The translations under genes were made by a program, and so were the position numbers. A DNA stretch of 63,613 nucleotides, filler included, from Dugesia japonica (lineage: Eukaryota), in the NCBI GenBank assembly GCA_001938525.1. It is 6 parts of 6 records of this genome, joined end to end, with 100 filler letters (N's around TTAATTAATTAA, not from the genome) between each part and the next. Parts side by side here need not be neighbours in the genome. Positions count along the whole stretch, not along the records: positions 31,834 to 46,767 come from MQRL01637458.1; positions 46,868 to 55,165 come from MQRL01615049.1; 4 more parts are not named here. One strand, given 5' to 3'. Below are positions 36,554-49,190 of this stretch, in pieces (position 1 is the stretch's first letter; every line of letters starts with the position of its first letter). The notes below the pieces were generated by a model. The model did no database searches and was not told where the DNA came from. It saw only the letters and a list, made by a program, of their open reading frames with translations.

Positions 36554-39500
36554 TCAGATAGCTTGTGACATAGATGTGAATCCATAATCCTGAAATGGAA
36601 TATCATTAGATCAATTCAATAAACTAATTAAATAACACAAATACACATGCAAATATCGCATAAGATCATAGTAAATATGGCTCGTGCATATAGACTAATT
36701 TTAAAAAACATGTTTGTTTTTAAAATTTATCATAATTTAACCTTTTCGACACAAATAAAACATATCAATGTAGAATAATAATGCCTTTGAAATAGAATTT
36801 TTTGAATTATTTTCATTGGTTTTGTAAATATCAAGTAAAATTTATTTAAAATAATTCTATTTAATATATTAATAATTAACAAAACATAATGAATACAATT
36901 TATCTTCTTTATGGTTTAGATAGATATTTTCGATATGTTACAGATTGTCATTTAGAAAACATTTTGCAAATAGTATTAATGATAACATTAAATTCACTTT
37001 TTAAATTTCAATTCCTTTTCTTGATACTTTAATCCAAAAGAAGCCTTGTGAAATATTAACTACCAAATTATATTAAACCATTTCAGTGGACATATATTAT
37101 CTAAGAGTAGTAATAAATAATAACCAGGCATAAAATTGGTTATTAGTGGGTGAAAGAATTAGAACTGAAAGACTATTTTTAAATGAAGAAATGAAATTGA
37201 TTTCTCTCAAGTTGATAAAAAATAAACTCTTAAATAACGGCTATTCAAATAAAATTATGTCAAAATATATATCTTCGAATATAAATTTCATTAAATTAAA
37301 TTACAAGCTGCGATCAAAATATAGTTTTTCTTTTTTATTTTAATATTTTTTATTTTTCGAATTTTCGACTGTCTTCGTCAGGAAATTATTTTAAATGATT
37401 AAAAACAAGCACAGCAATTAAACTACCTTTTGTTATTGAGAAATCTAGCCAAATCATGCAAAATTTAATAAAGTCTAAACTCAAGCACAATCAAGAATTA
37501 TATTCAAGAAAAATATCACTTATAAAATACCATGCACCATTTTTAAAGAAATATAAATGTGAAACATGTAGAACCATATGGACAAGAATTAAGGAATATC
37601 TCAAACAAAAGGAAAATGAAGTCTTCGAACACTTTCAACACAAAAATAAAATTTCAACTGGAAAAATCACATAACGTGGAAAACACTAGGAACAGGTAAC
37701 ATTTCTACACTTCAAAGAGAAACATGAACCTAAAATCAATGTAATTTATAATTAAAATAAATTAATTCTAAAAAGTATTTCTAATTTACCAACTTTGAAG
37801 AAATCAAAAGGTTAATTCCTGAGCAAGAGTATAATTTGATTTAAAAAATTCCATTGAAATGGTTAAATAAAATAAATAATGAGATAAATTTGTAGTGGTT
37901 ATTTAAAAGCAACAATAATCAATAATGGATACATTTAAAAATGTCACCATAATGAGTACAATAGTAAATTTAAAAATAAATGTCAGCAAACAGTGATTCT
38001 CGGCCTGTATGCCGCTAAAGCTTTTCAAAATATTTAAAAAAAGCTATAAGATAGTTTTTAAAAGCAGATTTAAATTTATATTTTAAAAATTGGATTTATT
38101 AAAGTCAGATTTTGTTAAATATTTGTCAAATTGAATCATTAAAATAATTTGTAAAATAAATTTTAAAATTAACCGTTAACTCTTTGAGGCACAGAATTTT
38201 AGAAAATAATAATTAATGAAATACTAATAATTATTATTATTACTAATAAATTACTAATAAATTATTAATAAATTATTAATAAATTATTAATAAATTTGTA
38301 ATAAAGGAATAATATAATATAAAAACAAAAAAATAATAATAATTCAATTACGTTTTTAGCATATTTACGCATCAAAAAGGTGGGACACTTTTAATACCAC
38401 CGTGCCTCAAAGAGTTAAAGGCAAACGAATTTTAAAATTTATTTTATTTATAGAAAGCGAATTTGAAATTAATAATTTTTGTTAAACATATTAATTTTTA
38501 TTGTAATTAGTAAAATTATCAAATTTTTAATTTTCAAAATATATTTTTAATTGTATATTTATTATTTTTAAATCTTAAGTTAATTATTAAAGTTTAAAAT
38601 AAACTGAATCGAATTTCTAAGTCTTATACCGTCGAACCTCCCTATAACATCACTCAGTGCTTTCCCGATGGATGACGACGTTATAGGGAGATTCGATTTG
38701 TAATTTATTGATTTGTAATTTCAATTATTATTAAATCAATTAACTGATAACTCCTAATAGTATCACTATGTTTTTTCAATAGTCATACTAATAGTATGTC
38801 CATTGTTATAAAATTTTAAATCTAAATGAAAATTCAAAAAAGAACTTTTTTTGGTCATACTATTTATTAGTATGGGTCATACTAATTGGAGTTATCCGTT
38901 AATTTAAATTATATTATTTATATATACTGTTAAATAAAATGCGATAATAAAACAGTCGATTATCTGAAAATGGATTTTACTTCAAAATTGTATTTAATAA
39001 CAATTATATATCGTACGATATAAACTTCTTAATTTGCGCATTTTAAAATATTTTAAAACAAATATTTAACGCATAATACATACTGGAAATTGAGGACTGG
39101 CGTTGATAGGACCTCCTTGGTGAGATAGAAATTGTGCAGAATTGGAAGGTCCTCCTGGCATCGACTGCATGCTAATTGGCCCGTGATGTGAACCAATACC
39201 TTGCTGCATCATGTGAAGCTGAGAAATAGGTTGAACACCCATCGATACTGATGATTGACTGACTCTCATTGCATGTTCAGCTGAAAATGAAGGACCATTT
39301 GGAGGCATAGAATTGCAATAATCTGCAATATTGTTTCCCATAGTTGGAATAACATCCATATTAGGATTATGTAACTGTGGTGAATGTTTCATTGAAACGG
39401 CTGGTTCAAAATTCATTGCTGACGATGGCATGTATTCCATTGTATGTGACTGATGTTGTGAGAATTGAGGCATTTGTGGTCCACCATTTCCACCATTCAT

Positions 39501-42500
39501 CATACCAGATGAATTCTGTTGGTCTGAATTACTTTCAGAAGCTGGTGGCGGAGGGAAAGCTGGAGCTGGTTGAGAAATGACATGAGACGGACTTCTTGAT
39601 GATCCGTTTGGTCCAAATGGGTCTTGACCAGGATTGTTTTGTTGTAATTCATTTTGTAAACTATCATTCGGACTCGGCATTATAGGAGGACCGGTTTGAG
39701 GAGTTCCAGAAGGACCCGGACTATGAACAATATTGAGTGTTGGAGCTGAACTGTTAAGAAACCTGTGTCTGGACATTGCTCCTTGAGGATGATAATTACC
39801 CATCAGAACACCTTGGGGAAATCTTATTGGATGTACGGCTCGATTCCTCATAATATCTATAGCTTGTCCACTGATATTGGGCATCGGGTGGCCAGGCTGC
39901 AAAATAAATATATTTATTTATTAATTTACTAATCTAATTAAAATTAATGTAATTTGTGGAATTGTAACAGTATTACAAATTTTAAATTTAATAATGGATT
40001 TGAACCAAATTTTAATTTACTTTCCAATTTTATATTATTTCCATATTTCGAAAACTTCTAAATTATAAACCATCAATTTCGTTATAAACAGCACACATTT
40101 TTTTTAATTACTGCTTTCCTGAATCAGTTATATAATTATAGCTAGAAATATAAATTAATTTCCTCTTCCAATTAGTCTGCATAAAATCTCATCAATATTT
40201 ATTAAGTTTAAAGAAAATTTATTCGATACCGATACGATATATTGGTAATCAATAAAAGCCCTTACTGTAAAAAATGAGCCTCCAGGAACCAGCATTGGTC
40301 CACCTTGAATCGAGACTGGTGTGTGAATATTATTATCTGGTGGCATAATTCCTTGTGATGAAGGAGGTCTTCCTCCAGTAGGTGGCATTCCACCACTAAT
40401 TGGACTTGGTATTGAAGGATTCTTTAAAAATTAAATGAGAATAATTCTTGAAATTTATTGAATTTTTCTATTGCAAATTTTTACTTATGACATTTCCCTA
40501 TTTAATTAATTAGATCACTGCTTCTCATAAAGGTACGACTCTTGCATTATAATCAATACTAAATAAATTTCGACAAATAGTAGTGAAGAGCTTTTAGAAA
40601 TTTTAGATAATGGAGTTTTAAAATTAATTTCACTTCCAAACATGGGTCAAAAGAATATTACTTAAATTGGAGATAGCATTTGTAAATTTAATACAAATAA
40701 AAATTTTTCTTTATAATTGAGATAACATGATAAGAAATCGTCTAGATTCTAGAACTTTAAAATAATATTATTCAGTACTCAGTATAAATTTATCCCCTTA
40801 TTTTTCTCTCTTAAACTATTCTAACATGTTACATTGTTACCGTAATTATTGTGATTGTAATAAAGGATTTATTTTATTTTTATCTTCAGGTTACATACGA
40901 ACTCCAATTAGAGTCAAAATTCACATTTTGGGAAGCACTGAATTGAATAATTTTTGGAATTACCTTGTTAACTAATATAATTTAAATTAATTATAGCCAT
41001 TCGCAGATTTATTATTTTTATAAAAACTGGTTCGCTAAAATCAAGAATAACGCCGGCCGAATGTTCAGTGGACCATGCTGGAAGTGTTTTCTGGTCAAAC
41101 TATCCTATCACTGTGCTAAGACATTGATAGGTAGCAATCAATTTCGGAAAATATTGAACCTCGTTTGGTTATATATTATGACAGTTGATGTTCATAGAAA
41201 ACTGAGAAATTGGTGGAAAAAATGCTGTTTCGTCATTTTCAAGTAAACCATCAATGTAATTTAGTCGATTCATACGCACTGCTATTCAAACTGAAAACAT
41301 CGAGAGATTATGGGGATAAATAGCCACATGGAACTGTAAACGGCACTATTAGAGTTATACTTGGCTGAATTTATTTGGAGATTGCAAGATATCGATAACA
41401 ATGATGCACTAGATATTAATTTTGAATTATTCTATATAAAATGTTAATATGAGGCCTGTCGCGTCAGTAATTCTGTTTATTTCTATTGTCTGAGAATTTC
41501 TCTTTATCCACATAAATTATTCGCACATATCATTATTGATCATGCTTCTGGTTTGTTTCATTATGCTGTTTTGTATGATTTTTTGTAAATTTTTCAATTA
41601 TTATTATTTATTTTTATGAATTAATATTGTGAATTATTTTCAACACTCGCGTCGTCTACATATCCAACGATCTTGAATTTCACCCAACCACAACAACATT
41701 AGATGCCCATTAGAATAAATTCTTGGATTGTGCAAAATTCCATGTTTTTGGAAAAATGCAATATTTAATTGTTTATCATTAACTATTTCTGAACATGTTA
41801 GAAGATTCATAATATTAGAATAATTAAATTTTTATTTTGTTAACATATTGCAATCAATAAATTAAAATTATATATCTTTATTTAATCAAAAATTTAATTG
41901 GCGGGTGAAATAACAAACAAATACCAAAAAAAAATCTTTAATAAAGTCAATAAAATATTTATAGTTAAAATTTTCAACCAAATAATATATTTTTTATCGT
42001 TTTAAATAAAAAACAAAAATGCAATTCCATCAAGCAAACTCGTCTAATAAAATTGTATGTATTTATTATAAACTCATTAATACTGAAATTTATCCATCTA
42101 TGAACCGAAAAATTATCTGCAAAATACATAAATAAATTCGCTGCAAATTTCATTTCAGAATTTTTTTCAAAAAAAAATTATCAATCCGCATATAAACAGT
42201 AGCAAATTTTACGAAAAAGACTAGAAGGAAAAAATTTAATAAAAATTTTCTCACTGATAGAGAAAAAAAAATCAGTTAATTAATCACCAGTTGTCGATGA
42301 AATGTATTATATATAGTTGAATAAGAGAGATGGGAAAAATAGAAAGAGAAATAAAACCAAATTACATTTTATCCAATTAAATCGATTGAATAGATATAAA
42401 ATGATGATATATGTAGAGAAATCCATTTTCCCCAGTATATACCGATGAAGAATAACAAGTGAGATCCACTGACAAAACTGAGATAAGGCTAAAAATTTAA

Positions 42501-43370
42501 ATTCAAGCAAAAACAAACAAGTTTGCTTGTTGAGGAAATTATAATCGTTTCAGTGTTTTCAATTAAAAAAAACAACACTGCATTGATGCGCATGCATTCT
42601 CATTGAGGAAAACTGTTAATTTAAAGTCAGTCGCGCACACACATACTCGCTTTAGAGTAATAGGATACAAATAACAATTTAGTTGACTTTCGTCTGACTA
42701 AACCGATAGATATAGGTACATAATACAGCATTAATTTGAATATATTTATCGAAAAAGTACTCAAAAAATTATCAAAATAGCTTTAAAAATTCAATAATTC
42801 TTTATAAAAATTAAAATAATTAAATATCAATATAAATTATAATAAATTCAATATTAACCCTCGGCAATCCGTTTGGATATCCAGAATTAACAAATCCCTT
42901 GAATTTCAAAAATAAAAATATTTTTATAAATTATAAATAAGGCTACATAATCATGAAAAGCTTTAGCTTCACTTGAATGTTCAAACGTTTCTCTTCTTTC
43001 TGGTGCTGCACTATATAAGTCATAAAACACACTAGAGTATTATTTCATTAAAATTAATAATATTTTTATAATAAAACTAACCACCACCATTGATTCAAAA
43101 ATCCAGGAGGTTCACCAATTTGCCATGGTTTTTCCCAATGAATCTAAATGTTAATAAATAAAATGGTTAATAAGAATTTCAAATTTAAACTTCTTGTAAA
43201 AATGTTTGTGCAGCTTTATTTGCTCCGGTGTGTATTAAATATTCATAAACATGATTAGCAAGTCTAAATTAATTAACAAATTAAACTAAAATTGTCGATA
43301 AATTTATTGATTACTTTTCTTTAGCTTGGGTATCAGTTGGTATCGTTGTACCTTTACCTTTTGGAAACAT
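36554..43370 (-). CDS. Ssdp: single-stranded DNA-binding protein Ssdp (SSBP2/3/4 family, LisH/LUFS domain), about 426 aa
   Basis: Exons 43370-43315, 43263-43191, 43143-43082, 43031-42947, 40421-40266, 39896-39084 and 36589-36554, all GT-AG and in frame. MFPKGKG...[10 protein letters not shown]...[45 protein letters not shown], then a P/G/M-rich tail ending [11 protein letters not shown]. The last exon is inferred. Confidence 0.93.
36920..37750 (+). mobile_element. Penelope-like element relic (RT C-terminus plus GIY-YIG) in an Ssdp intron
   Basis: [17 protein letters not shown] and [12 protein letters not shown]; interrupted by an antisense hammerhead repeat at 37308-37385 (TTTC-CTGACGA-A-GAC-A-GTC-GAAA-AT-TC-GAAA). 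Confidence 0.8.
38180..38414. mobile_element. piggyBac-type MITE
   Basis: Perfect 13-bp TIR CTCTTTGAGGCAC / GTGCCTCAAAGAG with TTAA on both sides. Confidence 0.85.
38627..38700. mobile_element. pogo/Tigger-like mini-MITE
   Basis: TACCGTCGAACCTCCCTATAAC ... GTTATAGGGAGATTCGA inverted arms; similar half at about 300-320. Confidence 0.6.
38742..38901. repeat. small inverted-repeat element (MITE-like)
   Basis: AACTGATAACTCCTAATAGTAT versus the reverse complement of the right end, AACGGATAACTCCAATTAGTAT; internal GTCATACTA repeats. Confidence 0.55.
41050..41400 (+). mobile_element. Merlin/ISXO2-like transposase relic in Ssdp intron 4
   Basis: [13 protein letters not shown]...TENIERLWG...YLAEFIWR. 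Confidence 0.75.
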
Positions 43371-45536
43371 TGTCTTTAAATTATAATTTTTTTAAAAAAA
43401 CTATTGAAATAAAATGTTGATAAATAATTCAAAATATTAAAACACCATATTTGGAATATATTTTTAACTTAAACAAAGTAATTTAATTTAGAGTTATCTA
43501 AAATCGATTTCATATTTTATAATTTCTACATTGATTTTATCTTGAAATTAACAAAAAAGTTAATAACTAAATTATTTTGAAATGTAAAAATATTCAAAAA
43601 TGTTATATTTTATTTTAAAAAATTTCTGTTATACAAATGTAGTGTTTAAAATTTATTTGGAAAATTAAGATTTTTAAGCATTAATTTTAGAAATTATTTA
43701 AATTTTGGAATTTTGAAAAGTATACTCAATTATATGAAATCTTGTACGAAATACTCTAGTTAAAACGAATGAGGTTAATGTAAACTAAATTTTTTATTGT
43801 TATGAATATAGAAAAAAATTATTTTGGGTGGGATATTTATAACTCAAGAATTTTATTGAAGCAAAACTGTACATATTTAATAAATAAACTTCAAAACTAG
43901 AAAAAAATGTTTCAGCAATGTTTGTACCAATTATTAATTTTCTTGGCTTAGTATTCATTTCAAATTTTAATCACAGTAATAAGGGTCTCGATTTTAATAG
44001 GCTTATAATACTACTTTATTGTTAGATTTGTTACGGCATAAGTAAAATGAGATTCCAGTGAATTGAGGTATAGGTACCATATGAATATATACTTTCTCAA
44101 AACTCACTTCTGTATAACTTGCAAAACACATTCGACTTTCGACAAGTAAAATTTGTATAGGAGTTTATGATTCTGATTTGCGTGTTTACTGTCACAAAAA
44201 TGACTTACATGTAAATGAGATGATTAACGATGCATGATAACGATGAGTGATTATTTCTCAATTTTTGCGTACACATAAGGGCTGTTTACTTTTAGGTTTA
44301 TTCTACTAATATATAAAATTTCATTTAGCAAAAATTTGATCCCCGGATATGTAAGCATTCAAGGTAATCATACATGATAATCAAAACTTTAGTATTTTTA
44401 AGTTTCTATTGGTAATCTCTCGTTTTTTTAAGTGTCCTCAGGATTTTTTGAACTCAATAATTCGTTATTTTCACATTCGTATTCTTGAGTTTCTTCGAGT
44501 GTTAGCCTATATTTATTTTGTTTGTGTTTTTAATGTTTTTCATTTCGATCAGTGATCCACTGAATTATGTCGCCTTATCAACTGAGAATTTATCAATAAC
44601 GTCCACAGAACACTTTGTTTGATTTCAATTCTGCTCATTTTTCTTGAGAATCCCGTCATTCATGGTGTTTATATTGAAACTCTATCAAAATGTAGTCGAA
44701 TAGCTTTTTGTTGGAAAAGGCTAGATCGTTTCTTTTTGAAAATGAATTTTCTTATATGTAAATGGATTTATATAAATACAAATACCTCGGTACTAATATC
44801 AGTAATAACATGAAAAATACAACTTAAAACTTTTTCTTTTCTTTTTAGTCTTACATGATTAAAATTCCTGATACAGTATTATATGAGATCGCAAGTCCGA
44901 ACTTCTCAATTGAACGCAAAGAGTTATCCTGAAGATTAAGATCGAAAAGTGTCGATAAGTCTGTTTACTTGACACTAAGAAACCTTATGACAGCAAGAAT
45001 AACATGGGAATCAAACACTAAACCAACTTAGTCAATGCCTAAAAGCTGAACTTCGAAACCTCTTTCTTAATTGGAAGATTATCCTGAATAATTTGGAGAT
45101 TCGATTTTTTCGGTTCATAGAGAGCAAATATTTGTGACTTTTCACAAAAATTGAGTATTTTTAAACCAACGATTTGCAAAATAAAATGAGACATGATAAC
45201 CTCAAATATCAAATGAAGCCACCTTACTTGGATCTCTCATAACAAATTTAGTTTTTTCGATGCTAAGTTACTGGAAATTAAACAACTTATAGTGAGGTAG
45301 TAATTGAAATTAATATTCTTTTATTGTAAGCCTATGTTTGATGAAGAAATATCAATTGAATTGAAAATAATGAAATTAAACAAACAAAAGCATCATTCAT
45401 ATGATATTAAAGCATCCGAATGATAACAATTCACAATACTATATAACTTTCAAAAACTTATAAGATAATAATTTTTAACTGAATTTTAACTTTGTGATTT
45501 AGAGATATTGTTATTGAGTACTTTGAAGCTGTGTAG

Positions 45537-45586
45537 TTTTTACAAGGCCCAATGCAGTAATTATACTGCATTGGGCCTTGTAAAAA
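45537..45586. repeat. perfect 23-bp palindrome with 4-nt loop
   Basis: TTTTTACAAGGCCCAATGCAGTA-ATTA-TACTGCATTGGGCCTTGTAAAAA. Confidence 0.9.
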
Positions 45587-45849
45587 TATTTTAATATTTT
45601 AAATATATCACTGGGCATCTCTATAATTTTTTGTCAGTTTCTTGAATAATTTTAGGCGGGTTTTGGAAAATTTTCAGGAAAAATAAAAATTTGGGATTGA
45701 CTTATTCTTTTGTGTTAAAATTTATTTTCTAATTTCACTTAATAAAATTTATTAAACTATCTTTCCAAAATGTAATCTTTGAAAATCTAAGAAATCTAGA
45801 TATTTTTGAGAGGTATTTAAATTGTTTTATTTTTTTGTAAGAACTCTTT

Positions 45850-46320
45850 TTTCTGAGTATTTTTTCACAAGAATGCTACTTAATGTAGCAGCAACACTAG
45901 AAACTTTTCATTATTAAATTAATAATAAAAGTTTTAATGAAGTTGAGAGAAAGGATGCTTTATAGTGATGACCTACTGATATTTTCAGAAAATAAGGAAC
46001 GACACAGTTTAATAATGGACCTTGCAATAATCAGAATTGAGAATAAACAAAGAAAGTGTAATTTATTACGAGAAGTAATTTTTTAGGATATCTGAAGAGT
46101 TAAAATTTATCCAATAAATATTGTGAAGATCTTGAAGATATTTTAGAATATATACTTATTATAAACAGTTTATTTATAATTAATCAAAGAAGGTTAGAAG
46201 TCTGTAAAATTATGTAATGAAAAAAGTGTAAGGTCGAACAGTTGTATTAAAGCTTTTAATGAGATTAATGAATCATTATTAAAACCATCGATAATGTGTT
46301 TTTCACATGTTAAGACAATG
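45850..46320 (+). pseudogene. heavily decayed Gypsy reverse transcriptase fragment
   Basis: TRMLLNV...LYSDDLLIFSEN...KCN...FLGY. Confidence 0.6.
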
Positions 46321-47553
46321 CAACATTGCGGAATATTTCAAAGAGATCTATGCAATTTTGAAACATTTGATCAAAAAACTCATTTAAAAAAACCTATAAT
46401 AATCCTATAACTACCCTATGAAACCCTAGTGAAACCATATAAAACCTTATAATAACCATATAAAAAGCATTCAAAACCATATAGAAACCTTTCGAACCAC
46501 ATATAAAGCTTTAAGGAGTCCTACAAACTCTATTGAAACCTTATAATTTTATATAATAACATTATAAAACCTTTAAGTTCTATAAAAACCATATTAAATT
46601 CCTATAATACCAAAAATATATATAAATGATTATAATGATCCACATTTCCATTGTTTGTTGGCTAACTAACTTTCTCAGATCATAGTATCATTATTGTTGT
46701 TTCAACAAGAATTTGCAAACTGTTTGCATGATAAGTAGGTAGACACTAGCACACTGTACCACCCCTCNNNNNNNNNNNNNNNNNNNNNNNNNNNNNNNNN
46801 NNNNNNNNNNNTTAATTAATTAANNNNNNNNNNNNNNNNNNNNNNNNNNNNNNNNNNNNNNNNNNNNACTTTTTATTTGATCAAAGCAACAGGACATTCT
46901 ATTATTCTGATCTGACTTATTATCTGACTTATTATTTTATTCAACTTTACTTTTAATATTTATGTACAAATGTTAATTTACTTTTTTTTTTATTTCTTAT
47001 TTTTCTGAGTATGTACAAATTTTATTTTTAATTTTTACTTTGATGAATATGTGCAAATGCGGTATTTAATTAATTTTATTTTTACAAATATTAATGCGAA
47101 ACCATATTGTAATTATAACGTTTATTTTTACAAATATTAATTAATGTGAAATCATATTGTAATTATAGCGGAATAAACAATTCCGAAATTTTTCATATTG
47201 TAATTATAACGGAATAAACAATTCCGAACATCTGCAAATTTTAAAATAAATAATTTTATAAATCAGGTAAAACTAATGAATATAATGGATTGTTTTAATA
47301 AATANNNNNNNNNNNNNNNNNNNNNNNNNNNNNNNNNNNNNNNNNNNNNNNNNNTAAATCAGGTAAAACTAATGAATATAATGGATTGTTTTAATAAATA
47401 TTTATGGTTATCGCTAAACTGCATGTGTGTCTCTCTAGTATAAATAGAGAGCTCAATTTCATTTTCATTACCCTTTTTTAGAAGCGAAAAGCGTTTAAAT
47501 CTTTTGAGATTTACAACGAAAAGCTTAAAAATAATAACTCTTGTATACAATAC

Positions 47554-47776
47554 TGTGCTATATTAATAAAAAAATTTTAAAGTAAATTTTGTTGAATTTT
47601 AATAGGAAAGACTATATAGCATATTTAAATTGATATCATTGTGTCTATAATAATTATATTAAGGTATATAAAATTGTTTATTGACGATAATACATTGGGA
47701 TTGCCTACTACTAAAATCTTATCAAACTCACGCAAAGTTGATTTATCTTGGCAAAATTTCCCAAGGTATCTCAACA
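47554..47776 (+). repeat. 5' LTR
   Basis: TGTGC...TCTCAACA; aligns end to end with the reverse complement of 57345-57573; immediately precedes the PBS. Confidence 0.75.
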
Positions 47777-47780
47777 AATT

Positions 47781-47798
47781 TTGTGCCCCGAGTGAGGA
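47781..47798 (+). promoter_or_regulatory. primer-binding site, elongator tRNA-Met type
   Basis: TTGTGCCCCGAGTGAGGA versus TGGTGCCCCGTGTGAGGA, the complement of the metazoan elongator tRNA-Met 3' end as recalled (2 mismatches). Confidence 0.7.
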
Positions 47799-48118
47799 AC
47801 CAATTCATATAAAATAAATATATATTTAAATATACAAGTGTTTAATACGAAATTTAAAGTAAAATAAAATTGAAACGAAATCTGATAAAATTTCTGATTT
47901 AAGCGAAATTCGAATAAGATAATTTTGAAACAAAATTCACTGTATAGTTAAATTATTTTTTAAAATGTAAAGCTTAACCCTGCGAATAAATAAATTATAT
48001 AAGAATTCCTTTGACAGTTTTATATTGAATTCAAAATATATTAATTTAAAAGTAAAATAAATACATAATTGATACAGACAATAATATTAGAAAAAAATTG
48101 AGAGGCAGATATATAATT

Positions 48119-49190
48119 ATGGCGCGTAAAAATGATGAAAATGTAAACGACCAAGAAAATGGTTTTAATGTAGCACCTTTATTTAGTTTTGGTGATAGAA
48201 ATAAAATGAATTATCTACCGTTACGTAGAAAAGAAAAGTATTCCGGGAAACCCGAAGAATTTGACGAATATTTTGAGGAAATGTCTAATTGTGCGATAGC
48301 GTGTAATTGGACAAATGAAGAATTAGCTAAAAGAATTCCATTGTATTTAAAGGGTTTTGCACTGCAAAGCTATAAAAATTTAACAGATCCGCCTAAAAGG
48401 TTTTATGAATTAGTAAAAGAGCTCAGGAAGCTTGTAATAGTTCCCATAGAACTAGAAAGGATATGTATTCAAAAATTTCGAAATAGGATGCAAGGAGCTA
48501 CAGGAACCGTGGGTGAATATTTATATGATTTAAACAAGTTGGCTAATATGGCCTTTGGAGAAGGTGACAATATTGAACATGTTATATAGGACCAATTCCT
48601 GAGTGGAATACATAGTTATATAAAATCTGCTCTGATAGCAGTAGAATAAAAAAATATTGAAGAGTTAATGGCAAAAGCCCGGAGGATTGAGGCAAATTAT
48701 AATCATAAACCCAAAGATAAGCAAACATATGCTATAGAAACAAGTAGGACAAATGACAGAGAACCCACACAATGGGGTGATATGAAACGAGCATATCAAG
48801 ATCATCAAGACAATAGAAAAAATAATTATGATGATAATAAAAATAAATATAATAGAAATTCAAACCCTACGAGTTATTATAAATATACGGATATCCCAGA
48901 GAAAGGTTACATGAATAGGAATTCCAGCCCTAGTAGAAACTGGAATAATAATTATTATTATAATAAAGGTTATCGAAATGCAAGTCCAAGATTTAATAAT
49001 AGGGGATACAGCCCAAAAATAGAATTAGAGTCAAATTATAGATATAATAGAAGCCCAAGGAGGAATTATAATGATAGAAATAATAATAATTATTCAAATG
49101 AAGGGAGAGATCGAGTAAATAATAAAAGACAGATAAAATTTTATAATTGTAATAAATATGGACACTAAGCTAACGAGATCCTAGAAGTAT
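48119..49190 (+). pseudogene. gag (capsid plus degenerate CCHC knuckle)
   Basis: KYSGKPEEFDEYF..CAIACNW..LYLKGFA..RMQGATGTVGEYL..DQFLSGI; KFYNCNKYGH*ANE; in-frame stops. Confidence 0.85.

Noticed and set aside
47261-47400. 44-bp direct repeat flanking an N gap
   Set aside because: Typical unmerged contig overlap (assembly artefact).
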